Assembly (NCBI RefSeq): GCF_003018255.1
Contig: NZ_CP027440.1
Strand: one strand, 5' to 3'
Length of the DNA: 64,000 bases
Source: Escherichia coli
Lineage (GTDB): Bacteria > Pseudomonadota > Gammaproteobacteria > Enterobacterales > Enterobacteriaceae
This document shows, in pieces, positions 49,706 through 63,744 of the stretch; positions within the stretch are counted from its first letter, which is position 1; each line of letters opens with the position of its first letter. Below the pieces are notes generated by a model. It saw nothing but the letters and a program-made list of their open reading frames with translations. It was not told where the DNA came from and did no database searches. The position numbers and the translations under genes were made by a program.

Positions 49706-51142
49706 TCAGCGTTTGTAACCTCCGCCCAGCGCACCGGTGAGTTGAATGGAGGCATCCAGCCACTGCCCTTGCAATAACAGGCCATTGGCCCGCTCACGCA
49801 GCGCGGGGATTCTGGCTTCGCTGACGCGGGAACCAGCAATGATGCCCGCGTTAAAGCGCGCCTGCGCAAGACCTACCACACGCAAGGCATCGTGCTCAAT
49901 TTGCGCCTGATGCTGGTTTTTCTCCGCCAGTGTCTGAACCTGGCTGGCCGCCCGCGCCACGTCATTTACCGCTTCAACCACCGCTTTGTTGTAGCTGGCG
50001 ATAGACAAGTTGCTTTCGGCTTTTGCGATATCGAGATTGGCGTTAAGACGACCACTATCGAAAATGGGTAGCGTCAGGCCTGCCGTAACGCCCATTTGCT
50101 GCGCGGAATGACGGAACAGATCGCTTAAGTGCAACGCATCCTGTTGCAGAAAGGCCATCAGGTTGATGTCAGGATAAAATGCCGCTTTTGCCGCATCAAT
50201 AGTGCTTAACGATGACTCAACGTACCAGTGCGCCGCCTGCAAATCTGCCCGCCGGGCCAGTAAGGAGTACCCGAGTTCATCAGGAAGCTGACTTGCCACT
50301 TTCGGCAACGCGACCGGTTTAAGCTTCAATGACTTTGTCTGGTGGTTGGTGAGCGCACTTAACCGTGCCTCAATAATTTTCATTTTCCCCGCGACATCGT
50401 TGAGCTGCTGCCGGGTTTTGCTGGCATTAATATCGGTTTCCACACCTTCAACTGAAGAAGTAATCCCGTTCTGATATAGCTGGCGATCGGTCGCGATAAT
50501 GGTGTTCTGCTCTTTTTCGATTTGCTGCAAGACCGTGTTTAACGCCGCCTGGGTTTGCCACTCCCAGTACAGGCGGGCTACGCTGCCAGCCAGCAATTGG
50601 CAGGTTTGCTCGCGTTCCGCCGCCCGTGCTTTAACCGTACCGAGGCGAGCAGTAACCTCCGCCCGATTCTTTCCCCAGATATCGAGATGCCAGCCCGCCG
50701 TTAAGCCAAAAGTACCGTTGGTGTACCACGGACCGGTCGTACCTGCGGCAGGATCGTTCAGAGCAAACGGCCCCATTAACCCTTCTGCAGACATTTTTTG
50801 CCGCTCCATATCCGCAGAAAAGTCGATCTGCGGACCATCCTGAGTGGCAACTGCCTTCGCCTGGGCTTCAGCCAGCTGAATGCGCTGTTCAGCCACCTGC
50901 ATATCCGGTGCGTTCTGTAGTGCGTTATTAATTAAGGAAGTGAGTTGATTATCGTGATACTCCAGCCACCATTGGCTGTCTGGCCAACCATTTTTCAGCG
51001 CCGTGGGTAATACGGTGTCAACTTGTGCAGCGGGCGTTTGCTGGCTTAACGCCTGGCGGGTTTCATGCATAGGTGCACACCCGGCCAGCATCAGTAACAG
51101 CGGAAAACAGGCGATGGCGGGATAAAAGGAATCACGATTCAT
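49706..51142 (-). CDS. mdtQ: Outer-membrane efflux lipoprotein (NodT/OprM family); intact here
   Basis: Start set at the internal Met (MNRDSFYPAIACFPLLLMLAGC, lipobox) for 478 aa, uninterrupted. Confidence 0.8.
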   Translation of the reverse strand: MNRDSFYPAIACFPLLLMLAGCAPMHETRQALSQQTPAAQVDTVLPTALKNGWPDSQWWLEYHDNQLTSLINNALQNAPDMQVAEQRIQLAEAQAKAVATQDGPQIDFSADMERQKMSAEGLMGPFALNDPAAGTTGPWYTNGTFGLTAGWHLDIWGKNRAEVTARLGTVKARAAEREQTCQLLAGSVARLYWEWQTQAALNTVLQQIEKEQNTIIATDRQLYQNGITSSVEGVETDINASKTRQQLNDVAGKMKIIEARLSALTNHQTKSLKLKPVALPKVASQLPDELGYSLLARRADLQAAHWYVESSLSTIDAAKAAFYPDINLMAFLQQDALHLSDLFRHSAQQMGVTAGLTLPIFDSGRLNANLDIAKAESNLSIASYNKAVVEAVNDVARAASQVQTLAEKNQHQAQIEHDALRVVGLAQARFNAGIIAGSRVSEARIPALRERANGLLLQGQWLDASIQLTGALGGGYKR

Positions 51143-51365
51143 GGGGGAATAATCAGGTAAGAAAAGGTGCGCGGAGATTACCGTGTGTTGCGATATATTT
51201 TTTAGTTTCGCGTGGCAATACATCAGTAGCAATAAAACGACATATCCAGAAAAATATACACTAAGTGAATGATATCTTCCTATTTATCTTAATCGTTTAT
51301 GGATAGCGGCAAAGGGCTTCGTTTTTTCCTATACTTATTCAGCACTCACAAATAAAGGAACGCCA

Positions 51366-51449
51366 ATGAAAATTATACTCTGGGCTGTATTGATTATTTT
51401 CCTGATTGGGCTACTGGTGGTGACTGGCGTATTTAAGATGATATTTTAA
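51366..51449 (+). CDS. yohP: Small membrane peptide, 27 aa
   Basis: AAGGA RBS then ATG; encodes MKIILWAVLIIFLIGLLVVTGVFKMIF; below the ORF-track cutoff. Confidence 0.6.
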   Translation: MKIILWAVLIIFLIGLLVVTGVFKMIF

Positions 51450-51499
51450 AATTAATTAATGTCATCAGATCCGAAAATAACGAGAATATTTCAGTCTCT

Positions 51500-51770
51500 C
51501 ATCCTGTTGCGCTCCTGTCATGTGCATTGCTTCATATAATCACTGGCGCAAGGAGCGCGCAGGGGGCGGCCAATCGCCGCCGCCCCCTGCACCCCCGGGC
51601 TCTGGCGAACAAAATCGCCGCTGCGCGGTGCCCTCGGCTTATCCCTTACGGCTACCGGGTCGGGCGCGAGGTAACATCCCTGTAAAACGCGCCCTCAGCC
51701 CACATCCATGTGGGCTGCCCCGGCCTTCAGGGAACGCCTCGGCGATTTTGACGCCACCAAACAACCGTGC
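51500..51770. other. GC-rich, highly structured intergenic element with nested inverted repeats
   Basis: Perfect 12-bp stem gcagggggcggc/gccgccccctgc (51559..51590), palindrome cagcccacat/atgtgggctg (about 51697..51718), long-range pair caaaatcgccg/cggcgattttg (about 51610 and 51740); composition contrasts with the AT-rich flanks. Confidence 0.4.
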
Positions 51771-51821
51771 GGCCTATTGATAAAGAGCTAACACATTGTC
51801 AAAAAACATCACTATGGTTTC

Positions 51822-52769
51822 TTAGAGTTTCTCGATATCAATTGCCTGAATAGCCCTTGCAATATCAGGGGAATTATTCAACACCCGAACATGCTGAAAT
51901 AATTCCGTTGCTTCATCGTATTCTTTACGCAAATAACTCAACCACTGTTTAATCCGCGCAACGTGATATAACCCGGTATCGCCCTGCTTTTCCAGACGGG
52001 TATATTTTTGCAGCAAAGCAACTACCTCCGGCCACGGCATTCGCGGTTCGTTATATTTTACCACCCGGCTCAGGTTGGGAATATTGAGCGCCCCGCGACC
52101 AATCATCACTGCGTCGCATCCGCTGATCGTCATGCATTGTTGCGCACTCTGCCAGTCCCAGATTTCACCGTTGGCAATCACAGGAATATTCAACCGCTGG
52201 CGAATCTCGCCAATCGCCTGCCAGTCAATATGCTCCGCGCGGTAACCCTGCTCTTTTGTCCGCCCATGTACTACCAGCTCCGTAGCGCCAGCCTGTTGCA
52301 CCGCATCGGCGATTTCAAATTTCTTCTCACCGCTGTCCCAGCCCAGACGCACTTTTACGCTGACGGGCAAATGCGCCGGTACAGCTTCGCGCATCGCTTT
52401 TGCACCCTGATAGATGAGTTCAGGATCTTTGAGTAACGTCGCCCCACCGCCGCTACCGTTAACCGTTTTCGACGGGCAGCCGCAATTGAGATCCACGCCC
52501 CAGGAACCTAACTCGACCGCACGGGCGGCATTCTCTGCCAGCCATTGTGGGAACTGACCTAACAACTGCACGCGCACCAGCGTACCGGCTGGTGTCCGGC
52601 TGGCGTTTTGTAGCTCAGGGCAAATGCGATGAAAGACTTTTACCGGCAGCAGTTGATCCACCACGCGGACAAACTCGGTGATGCACAGATCGTAGTCGTT
52701 AACTTCGGTCAGCAATTCACGCACCAGAGAGTCGAGTACACCCTCCATCGGTGCCAGTAACACACGCAT
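51822..52769 (-). CDS. dusC: tRNA-dihydrouridine synthase C
   Basis: 315-aa ORF, N-terminus [22 protein letters not shown] (Dus-family TIM barrel). Confidence 0.9.
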   Translation of the reverse strand: MRVLLAPMEGVLDSLVRELLTEVNDYDLCITEFVRVVDQLLPVKVFHRICPELQNASRTPAGTLVRVQLLGQFPQWLAENAARAVELGSWGVDLNCGCPSKTVNGSGGGATLLKDPELIYQGAKAMREAVPAHLPVSVKVRLGWDSGEKKFEIADAVQQAGATELVVHGRTKEQGYRAEHIDWQAIGEIRQRLNIPVIANGEIWDWQSAQQCMTISGCDAVMIGRGALNIPNLSRVVKYNEPRMPWPEVVALLQKYTRLEKQGDTGLYHVARIKQWLSYLRKEYDEATELFQHVRVLNNSPDIARAIQAIDIEKL

Positions 52770-52830
52770 ATCATCACCCGCAAAAAAATGAGGCGCTATG
52801 TTAGCGCCTATGGTCAGCGGATTAAAGTAC

Positions 52831-54024
52831 TCAGCGTGGTTGCAAACAGTTATCTTCTTTCCAGCCGTACAGCCACTCCATGCCGCGGTAAAACTCTGCC
52901 TGCGATTTCCCTTTCCACAACAGGTTACGTACCTGGCGCTCTACTCCTGCGGCATGATAAACCCGCCCCATTTCACGGGTCGACCAGACGATGCGCGCGG
53001 TGCGCGGAATACGTACCGACTCATACAGCGCAAAGGCTTGTGCCGCATCACCCTCACACTGCGCCAGCGCCTTACCCAGTGTTACCGCGTCTTCCAGCGC
53101 CATACAGGCACCCTGCGCCATATACTGCGCCACCGGATGGGCCGCATCGCCCACCAGCGTAATGCGCTTCGTTCCCCACTTCGCTACCGGTTCACGGTCG
53201 GCGGTTGACCAGCGTCGCCAGGAGGTCGGTTTATCCAGCATCTGGCGCGGACGGGGGTGAATCCCTTCAAAGTAAGAGAGCACTTCCTCTTTACTGCCAT
53301 CCTTCACGCCCCACTCTTCCTGCTGGCGGCTGTGGAATGTCACCACCAGGTTATACTGCTTGCCGCCACGTAAAGGGTAATGCACCAAGTGACAGCACGG
53401 CCCCGCCCACAGTACTGGTGCGTTAATGCGCAAATCTTCCGGCATATCGGCACAATCGATAACCGCACGGTAGACCACATGCCCGGTGACACGCGGCGCA
53501 TCGCCCAATAAGCTCTGGCGCACCACTGACTTCACGCCGTCACAGCCAATCAGAATATCGCCGATCCAACTATTGCCGCGATCGTCGAAAACGGTGACAT
53601 CGTCTTCTGTCTCGCGAATATCCACGACGTTGGTGGAGGTGTGATATTCCACGTCCGGATGCGTCAGTACCGCTTCCCACACCGAGGCATGAATATCAAC
53701 CCGGTGGATCACCGCGTAAGGGCCGCCGAAATGATCGCGAAAGGCCTGACCGGTTTCAATGCGCACCACTTCTTCGGCGTTTACCGCATCCATCATGGTG
53801 ATGTGATCGGTGAATACCGCGCGCTGGCGGGCGATTTCACCGACGCCGAGGCTATCCAACGCCGAAAACGCATTTGGCCCCAACTGGATACCTGCGCCAA
53901 TCTCACCGATCTCATGCGCCTTTTCCAGCAGCACCACTTTGATCCCCTGGCGGGCCAGTGACAACGCAGTTGCCGCACCGCCGATCCCGCCTCCCACAAT
54001 TACTGCGCGTGTCACTTTAGTCAT
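52831..54024 (-). CDS. FAD-dependent aromatic monooxygenase, likely 3-hydroxybenzoate 6-hydroxylase (MhbM-like)
   Basis: 397 aa; dinucleotide-binding motif [20 protein letters not shown] and GDAAH motif; last gene of a gentisate-pathway operon. Confidence 0.8.
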   Translation of the reverse strand: MTKVTRAVIVGGGIGGAATALSLARQGIKVVLLEKAHEIGEIGAGIQLGPNAFSALDSLGVGEIARQRAVFTDHITMMDAVNAEEVVRIETGQAFRDHFGGPYAVIHRVDIHASVWEAVLTHPDVEYHTSTNVVDIRETEDDVTVFDDRGNSWIGDILIGCDGVKSVVRQSLLGDAPRVTGHVVYRAVIDCADMPEDLRINAPVLWAGPCCHLVHYPLRGGKQYNLVVTFHSRQQEEWGVKDGSKEEVLSYFEGIHPRPRQMLDKPTSWRRWSTADREPVAKWGTKRITLVGDAAHPVAQYMAQGACMALEDAVTLGKALAQCEGDAAQAFALYESVRIPRTARIVWSTREMGRVYHAAGVERQVRNLLWKGKSQAEFYRGMEWLYGWKEDNCLQPR

Positions 54025-54038
54025 TATGGTTCTCCTGG

Positions 54039-54686
54039 TCAGGCTGAAATTTTATCTTGTTGATTTTCTGGCGCTGCGGCAATGAACGCTGGCAGCTGCG
54101 TGCAGGCGTCGTACACCGCTTTGCAGCGCGGATACCCGCTCAGATCGCAGTTCATACGTAGCGCGTTCGCCCACTGTGGAACAAGGCAGCAATCTGCCAG
54201 CGTCGGCGTCTCGCCCACACAAAATTGCCCCGACTGGCTCTGGCGCAGTAGCTGTTCCACCGCGCTTAACCCTTGCTGGATCCAGTGCGCATACCAGCGT
54301 TTTTTATCTTCTTCACTGACGTTCAGCTCTTCGGTCAGGTAGCGCAGCACGCGTAGGTTATTCAATGGATGAATATCGCAGGCGATGGCATAGACAATTT
54401 CCAGCACCTTGTTGCGGGCCGGTTCTTCCTGCGGCATCAGCGGAACTTGCGGGTAGTGACTCTCCAGCCAGTCAATAATCGCCAGCGATTGTCCGAGTGA
54501 TTCGCCCTCGTCGGTCAGCAGCGTCGGCACCAGCCCGACCGGATTCATCCGCCGGTAGGCCAGTTCGTTTTGCTGACCAATGCGGATATTCACCCCTTCG
54601 GTCTGGTAATCGATACCCTTCAGCGCCAGCGCAATGCGCACCCGGTAAGACGCTGAACTATTAAAAAAACTGTACAGCTTCATCAT
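54039..54686 (-). CDS. Maleylpyruvate isomerase (GST-zeta / maleylacetoacetate isomerase family; MhbI-like)
   Basis: Start set at the ATG giving MMKLYSFFNSSASYRVRIALALKG (GAGGTG SD); the track start is a TTG. Confidence 0.75.
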   Translation of the reverse strand: MMKLYSFFNSSASYRVRIALALKGIDYQTEGVNIRIGQQNELAYRRMNPVGLVPTLLTDEGESLGQSLAIIDWLESHYPQVPLMPQEEPARNKVLEIVYAIACDIHPLNNLRVLRYLTEELNVSEEDKKRWYAHWIQQGLSAVEQLLRQSQSGQFCVGETPTLADCCLVPQWANALRMNCDLSGYPRCKAVYDACTQLPAFIAAAPENQQDKISA

Positions 54687-54690
54687 CACC

Positions 54691-55392
54691 TCAGACAATC
54701 TTCACCGCGATAGGCGTTAAGCCCTCGACGTTGCCCGTGATCACATCACCTTTGACTACTGAGCCAACCCCTTCCGGCGTACCGGTAAAGATTAGATCGC
54801 CCGGTTGCAGTTCAAAGAAGCCTGACAGGTAGCTGATGGTTTCATTCACTGACCAGATGAGATGACGAATATCGCTGCGCTGATGATCTTCGCCGTTAAC
54901 CTGTAACCAGATAGGTGCGTTATCAATACCGCCAGTTTCGCTGGCTTTGTGCAGCGGCGCGATGGGGGCCGAGAGATCGAACGCTTTGCCGATTTCCCAC
55001 GGGCGGCCCATCTGGCGCATTTCCATTTGACGGTCACGGCGAGTCATATCAAGACCCGTGGCATAACCCCAGACATATTCATGGGCGTTTTCCAGCGGGA
55101 TATCACTGCCTTTTTTACCAATCGCCACCACCAGTTCAATTTCATAATGGTAGTTATCGGTCTGCGCCGGATACGGCAGCGCCAGCGTTTCGCCAGCGGC
55201 AACCGGAACAATGGCATCCGCCGGTTTGCAGAAGAAGAATGGCGGTTCACGATCCGGATCAAAGCCCATTTCGCGGGCGTGGGCGGCATAGTTACGTCCG
55301 ACGCAGTAAACGCGGCGTACGGGGAATTGTTCATCACTGCCAACAACCGGTACGGTAACGGGCGCTTGTGGTTCGAATACGTATTGAGTCAT
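54691..55392 (-). CDS. Fumarylpyruvate hydrolase (fumarylacetoacetate hydrolase family; MhbH-like)
   Basis: 233-aa FAH-fold ORF between the dioxygenase and isomerase genes. Confidence 0.8.
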   Translation of the reverse strand: MTQYVFEPQAPVTVPVVGSDEQFPVRRVYCVGRNYAAHAREMGFDPDREPPFFFCKPADAIVPVAAGETLALPYPAQTDNYHYEIELVVAIGKKGSDIPLENAHEYVWGYATGLDMTRRDRQMEMRQMGRPWEIGKAFDLSAPIAPLHKASETGGIDNAPIWLQVNGEDHQRSDIRHLIWSVNETISYLSGFFELQPGDLIFTGTPEGVGSVVKGDVITGNVEGLTPIAVKIV

Positions 55393-55407
55393 TTTCTCTC
55401 TCCCAAA

Positions 55408-56436
55408 TTAATAACGTGCTTCGCGGAACAGCCCCAGGGCTTCTTGTACCGGTCTGTCCGAAAAACTAAATAAAACGGTATCTTGCGTGGTCTGGAACGA
55501 CACGCCGTGCCAGGTCGGCACCACGAAGATATCTTTTGCACTAAAGCTGAAGGTTTCATTGCCGATAGTGACCTGCCCGCTACCTTCCACCACATGGTAG
55601 ATGGTGCTGTCAGTGGTACGCGCCACGCGTGAGGCAAACCCTTTCGGCAGCAGTTGCAGAAAAGCGCCCATCGACGGCATCGGATAGCCACCGGTGACCG
55701 GGTTGACGTAGCGCATTTTGTAGCCATCCCACTCATCGGCATCGCCCAGGCGGGTTAAATCGTGTAGCACTTCGCGGCTACGGTCATAACGGTAGTTAAA
55801 GATGGGCGAGGAGTTCCCGGTCTGATGGCGCAACGGCAACATATTGGCAGCGTAACGCGGCAGGTAATCGCCCTCTTTACGCGTTACTGGTTGTTGCTCC
55901 TCCGGGTAATCTTCGGCAAAACCGCAGCCCAGAGTGTTCACTAATGGCAGATCCAGCCCATCGAGCCAGATAACCGGTTCGTCGCCAGGGTTACCGTGAT
56001 CGTGCCAGCGCCACTGCGGGGTCAGGATAAAATCGCCCTCATTCATTGACGTGCGTTCGCCATCAACGGCGGTGAATGCCCCTTTACCTTCAACAATAAA
56101 ACGCAGCGCCGACTGGTTATGGCGATGACTCGGTGCCACTTCGCCCGGCATGATCAGTTGCAAACCGGCATATAAAGTCGCGGTGATGGAAGACTGCCCG
56201 CGCAGCGCCGGGTTTTCCAGCACCAGCACGCGGCGCACGGCTTCTTTCGCGCCAATCAGGCTGCCGCTCTCCAGCAGCAACGGGCGGATCTCCTGATAAT
56301 TCCAGTACGCTGGCGCACAGTTAGCGTTGGGCGTTTTTGGCACCAGATGGTGCAGTGACTCCCACAGCGGGGTCAGGTTTTGCCCGGAAATATGCTGATA
56401 AAATTGCTCGCGGCTATTTTGATTGTTATCAGTCAT
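55408..56436 (-). CDS. Gentisate 1,2-dioxygenase (bicupin; MhbD-like)
   Basis: 342-aa ORF with cupin His motif ([13 protein letters not shown]). Confidence 0.85.
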   Translation of the reverse strand: MTDNNQNSREQFYQHISGQNLTPLWESLHHLVPKTPNANCAPAYWNYQEIRPLLLESGSLIGAKEAVRRVLVLENPALRGQSSITATLYAGLQLIMPGEVAPSHRHNQSALRFIVEGKGAFTAVDGERTSMNEGDFILTPQWRWHDHGNPGDEPVIWLDGLDLPLVNTLGCGFAEDYPEEQQPVTRKEGDYLPRYAANMLPLRHQTGNSSPIFNYRYDRSREVLHDLTRLGDADEWDGYKMRYVNPVTGGYPMPSMGAFLQLLPKGFASRVARTTDSTIYHVVEGSGQVTIGNETFSFSAKDIFVVPTWHGVSFQTTQDTVLFSFSDRPVQEALGLFREARY

Positions 56437-56447
56437 TGGGATGCTCC

Positions 56448-57806
56448 TTATTCGTTCACAACACCTGCGTGAGGCAGTGAGTCAGGGACAGAGGTCGACT
56501 GGCGAACCACGGTGATCAGCTGGGTTAACATCACCGCACTGATCGCCGCGGGCACAGCGATAATGAAAAACAGGGTGTCGAAAGAGAAATTCATCGCCAT
56601 CATAACGCCGCCAGACAGCGAGCCAACAATCGCGCCGCAGCGGCCCACGGCGTTTGACCAGCTCACGCCCGTGGCGCGACTTTGTGTTGGATAAAGTGTT
56701 GCGGTCAGCGCATTCAGCCCCACCTGCGATCCGCTGATGCCAATGCCGGTGCCGAAAATCGCCAGCGCCATTAGCCATAATCCGTCCTGGCTTAAGCCAA
56801 TCATCACGATGCATACAGCGCCTATGGCATAGCTCAGCGCCAGTACGCGGAAAGGATTGAACTTATCCATAAGCACGCCCAGCGCCAGCGCGCCCAACGT
56901 ACCGCCAATCTGGAACGCGGCGGTAACCCAGGAGGCATGTTGCAGGTCGATGCCGCGATGGTTGAGCTGCGTTGGCATCCAGCTTGAGAGCAGGTAAATA
57001 ATCAGCAAGCTCATAAAGAACACCACCCACAGCATCAACGTGATGGGTAACTGACGCCCCATAAACAGTTGACGAATGCTGCCTTTTGTAACGGAGGCTG
57101 ATTCAATGAGATAAAAGTGGGTATCGACATAACGCTCGCGGATGATGGCGCTGACGGTTTTCGCAATCACCGCCTGGGGTAGCTGGCGGCGCACCTGCCA
57201 GCGTGGCGATTCCGGCAGAACCACCAGCAGTGCAACAAACAGCATCAGCGGTAATACGCCACCCAACACCAGGATCCCGTGCCAGCCAATCACCGGCACC
57301 AGCTGCGCGCTGACAATCCCGCCAAACGCCGAACCCAGGGTAAAGCCGCAAAACATCAGCGTCACCAGCGCGCCGCGGCGGCGGGCAGGCAGATATTCCG
57401 AGGTCATGGTAATTGTATTTGGCATCGCGCCACCCAGCCCAAGGCCGGTGAGGAAACGCAGGAATACCAGCGTTTGCAGATCCGGTGAGAAAGCCGAGGC
57501 GAGGCTTAACGCGCCAAACAAAAAGACGCACAGCTCAATCACCCGTTTGCGGCCAAAGCGATCGGACAACGGACCACAAAGCAGTGCGCCTGCGGTTAAC
57601 CCCAGCAGACCCGCGCCAAAAAGCGGGGCGAGATCGCCTGCGGTGAGTTGCCAGTGAGTGCGAATATCAGGGGCGATAAAGCCGATAGCCGCGGTGTCAA
57701 AACCATCGAGCATTACCACCAGAAAACAGCAGATGATAACGCGCCACTGCATCTTGCCGACCGGAGCAGCATCGATCAGTGCTTGTAAATCACGTCGTTG
57801 AGTCAT
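56448..57806 (-). CDS. MFS aromatic-acid:H+ symporter, likely 3-hydroxybenzoate transporter (MhbT-like)
   Basis: 452-aa 12-TM-type ORF; first structural gene, divergent from the LysR regulator. Confidence 0.8.
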   Translation of the reverse strand: MTQRRDLQALIDAAPVGKMQWRVIICCFLVVMLDGFDTAAIGFIAPDIRTHWQLTAGDLAPLFGAGLLGLTAGALLCGPLSDRFGRKRVIELCVFLFGALSLASAFSPDLQTLVFLRFLTGLGLGGAMPNTITMTSEYLPARRRGALVTLMFCGFTLGSAFGGIVSAQLVPVIGWHGILVLGGVLPLMLFVALLVVLPESPRWQVRRQLPQAVIAKTVSAIIRERYVDTHFYLIESASVTKGSIRQLFMGRQLPITLMLWVVFFMSLLIIYLLSSWMPTQLNHRGIDLQHASWVTAAFQIGGTLGALALGVLMDKFNPFRVLALSYAIGAVCIVMIGLSQDGLWLMALAIFGTGIGISGSQVGLNALTATLYPTQSRATGVSWSNAVGRCGAIVGSLSGGVMMAMNFSFDTLFFIIAVPAAISAVMLTQLITVVRQSTSVPDSLPHAGVVNE

Positions 57807-57932
57807 AGTAAATGCCTCAGTGCAGGTAAGGTAGATGTTTCATTTGTTTTATGTATGTTGCGATATTGTGATTAAAGAGATGAAATGTACAATGGCATTT
57901 CGGACAGAGAGATAACCTGGAGGTTATGGCAA

Positions 57933-58841
57933 ATGGCAAACTGGGCGCAGAAACTAAAGCTTCATCACCTGCAAATGCTGGTGGCGCTGGGTGAACAGGG
58001 CAATCTGACCCATGTCGCGCGGATGATGAATATCACCCAGCCTGCGCTGTCGAAATGGTTGTCACAACTCGAAGATGAGATCGGCCTCACACTCTTTGAG
58101 CGGCACAGCAAAGGACTTCGTCCTACTGAAGGCGGCAAATTGTTATTGCAACATGCCCAACGGTTAATCAATGACATGGAGCGCTCGCAACATGAACTGG
58201 CCCGTTTTAAACAAGGTGGACTGGTCGGCAGTCTGAAAATTGGCTGTTCTCCCGTCGCCACTGACTGCGTATCCCAGGCGATTTTGCATTTGCTCAAGGA
58301 GATGCCAACTCTACACCTGAATATCGAAGAGAAGGTGATGACCCCATTGCTGCAAGATCTGTTGGCAGGTTCTGTCGATGTGGTGGTTGGGCGAATTGGC
58401 GGTCGCGCGTTGCAGCTGCCGCTGAATTATCGCGTGCTCTACACCGAGCCGGTGTGTTTTGTCGCCCGTCCTGAGCATCCACTGGCGAAATACGCCACCC
58501 TCAGCTGGAATGATCTTGCTAACTGGCGGTGGATAGTCTGGCCGACAGGTACCCCCATCCGCATCAGCATTGATAATGCGCTGGTAGACCACGGCGTGAT
58601 GCTGCCAGAAAACACGATTGAGTCGGCGTCGATGAACGTCAGTACCAACCTGTTACAAAGCAGCGATATGATCTCTATTTTGTCATTACGCCTGGCGCAA
58701 CGTTATGCCAGCCAGGGACAACTGGTGATTCTCAACCTGCCAAAGATAGAACAGAAAGGCAGCGTCGGTGTGTTCTGGCGCAATAACGAAACGCCTTCTT
58801 ATGCTTTAAGTCAGTTTCTGCACTTTTTACAGCAGAATTAG
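57933..58841 (+). CDS. LysR-family transcriptional regulator of the gentisate cluster (MhbR-like)
   Basis: Start set at the internal Met (MANWAQKLKLHHLQMLVALGEQGNLTHVARMMNITQPALSKWL) within ORF 57885..58841; HTH plus LysR substrate-binding domain. Confidence 0.75.
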   Translation: MANWAQKLKLHHLQMLVALGEQGNLTHVARMMNITQPALSKWLSQLEDEIGLTLFERHSKGLRPTEGGKLLLQHAQRLINDMERSQHELARFKQGGLVGSLKIGCSPVATDCVSQAILHLLKEMPTLHLNIEEKVMTPLLQDLLAGSVDVVVGRIGGRALQLPLNYRVLYTEPVCFVARPEHPLAKYATLSWNDLANWRWIVWPTGTPIRISIDNALVDHGVMLPENTIESASMNVSTNLLQSSDMISILSLRLAQRYASQGQLVILNLPKIEQKGSVGVFWRNNETPSYALSQFLHFLQQN

Positions 58842-58935
58842 TGTGCTGAACTGGGCGCTCGCCCGAGGTTACGTCCCTAAAATTCAACTATGCTGAGATT
58901 TCTTAATGTGATCGGTAGCACGTTTTACGAATTAA

Positions 58936-60062
<1,127 letters not shown>

Positions 60063-60191
60063 AATTTGCGATGCGTCGCGCATTTTTGATGTAAGTTTCA
60101 CGCGTTGCATAATTAATGAGATTCAGATCACATATAAAGCCATAACGGGTTCGTAAACTGTTATCCCATTACATGATTATGAGGCAACGCC

Positions 60192-62187
<1,996 letters not shown>

Positions 62188-62344
62188 TATTTTCTCTTTT
62201 CTGTTAATTATTGAGAATAATTATTACTTCACTCAATAAGCTGCGGATATAACATTCTGAACCGCAGCTATTTGTGAATCCTTTCACAGTTTAAATTTCC
62301 CCACGCGCATAGCCTTAATATCAGCACGCAATATTTATACTCTA

Positions 62345-62475
62345 AATAATTCGAGTTGCAGGAAGGCGACAAGTGAGTGAGTCCCCAGGAGCTTACATAA
62401 GTAAGTGACTGGGGTGAGCGAACGCAGACGCAGCACATGCAACTTGAAGTATGACGAGTATATTTAGCGTTCGCC
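62345..62475. repeat. ERIC/IRU enterobacterial repetitive intergenic consensus element
   Basis: Contains aagtaagtgactggggtgagcg (ERIC2 primer sequence) and gtgagtccccaggagcttacat (near-match to the complement of ERIC1R). Confidence 0.8.
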
Positions 62476-62505
62476 TTAATTACTCATAGCATTAAGGAAG
62501 ATCAC

Positions 62506-63744
62506 ATGCCGCAACAAAATTATCTGGATGAACTCACTCCGGCTTTTACACCGTTACTGGCGATTAAAGAAGCCTCTCGCTGTTTATTATGCCATGACGC
62601 CCCCTGTAGTCAGGCTTGCCCGGCACAGACCGATCCGGGGAAATTTATTCGCTCAATCTACTTTCGTAATTTTAAAGGCGCTGCCGAGACAATTCGTGAA
62701 AATAATGCCCTCGGTGCCGTTTGTGCCAGAGTGTGCCCGACGGAGAAATTATGCCAAAGCGGTTGTACCCGTGCCGGTGTTGATACTCCCATTGATATCG
62801 GTCGCTTACAGCGTTTTGTTACTGATTTTGAACAACAAACTGGGATGGAAATTTATCAGCCCGGTACTAAAACGCTCGGCAAAGTCGCCATTATTGGCGC
62901 GGGTCCTGCCGGATTGCAGGCCAGTGTGACACTGACAAACCAGGGTTATGACGTCACGATCTATGAGAAAGAAGCACAACCCGGTGGCTGGTTGCGTAAC
63001 GGCATTCCGCAATTCCGGTTACCGCAATCAGTACTGGATGCAGAAATCGCCCGTATTGAAAAAATGGGCGTGACCATTAAATGCAATAACGAAATCGGTA
63101 ACACACTCACCCTGGAGCAGCTGAAAGCGGAAAACCGCGCGGTACTGGTCACTGTGGGGTTATCGAGCGGTTCGGGGCTACCACTGTTTGAGCATAGCGA
63201 TGTTGAGATTGCCGTCGACTTCTTGCAACGTGCACGACAGGCGCAAGGCGATATCAGCATTCCACAAAGCGCATTAATTATCGGCGGCGGTGATGTCGCG
63301 ATGGACGTAGCCAGCACGCTGAAAGTTCTCGGCTGTCAGGCAGTAACTTGCGTAGCGCGTGAAGAGTTAGATGAGTTTCCGGCAAGCGAAAAAGAGTTTG
63401 CCAGCGCCCGGGAGCTGGGCGTTTCGATCATCGATGGATTCACGCCAGTAGCTGTGGAAGGCAATAAAGTCACGTTTAAGCATGTACGGTTACCGGGCGA
63501 ACTGACGATGGCGGCAGATAAAATTATTCTCGCCGTCGGTCAGCATGCCAGACTGGATGCCTTTGCGGAGTTAGAGCCGCAGCGTAACACCATCAAAACA
63601 CAAAATTACCAGACCCGCGACCCGCAAGTCTTTGCTGCTGGCGATATTGTTGAGGGTGACAAAACCGTGGTTTATGCCGTGAAAACCGGGAAAGAAGCCG
63701 CTGAGGCGATTCATCACTATTTAGAGGGAGCTTGCTCATGTTAA
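62506..63744 (+). CDS. preT: NAD-dependent dihydropyrimidine dehydrogenase subunit PreT
   Basis: 412-aa ORF from the track; N-terminal 4Fe-4S cysteine motifs ([29 protein letters not shown]) and an FAD/NAD Rossmann motif ([14 protein letters not shown]). Printed numbering places the ATG 1 nt earlier than the track start. Confidence 0.9.
   Translation: MPQQNYLDELTPAFTPLLAIKEASRCLLCHDAPCSQACPAQTDPGKFIRSIYFRNFKGAAETIRENNALGAVCARVCPTEKLCQSGCTRAGVDTPIDIGRLQRFVTDFEQQTGMEIYQPGTKTLGKVAIIGAGPAGLQASVTLTNQGYDVTIYEKEAQPGGWLRNGIPQFRLPQSVLDAEIARIEKMGVTIKCNNEIGNTLTLEQLKAENRAVLVTVGLSSGSGLPLFEHSDVEIAVDFLQRARQAQGDISIPQSALIIGGGDVAMDVASTLKVLGCQAVTCVAREELDEFPASEKEFASARELGVSIIDGFTPVAVEGNKVTFKHVRLPGELTMAADKIILAVGQHARLDAFAELEPQRNTIKTQNYQTRDPQVFAAGDIVEGDKTVVYAVKTGKEAAEAIHHYLEGACSC

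Noticed and set aside
51520-51780. 86-aa plus-strand ORF across the GC-rich structured element
   Set aside because: The translation is Pro/Gly/Arg/Ala-rich and low-complexity, an artefact of GC-rich palindromic DNA; there is no RBS or protein-like hydrophobicity pattern.
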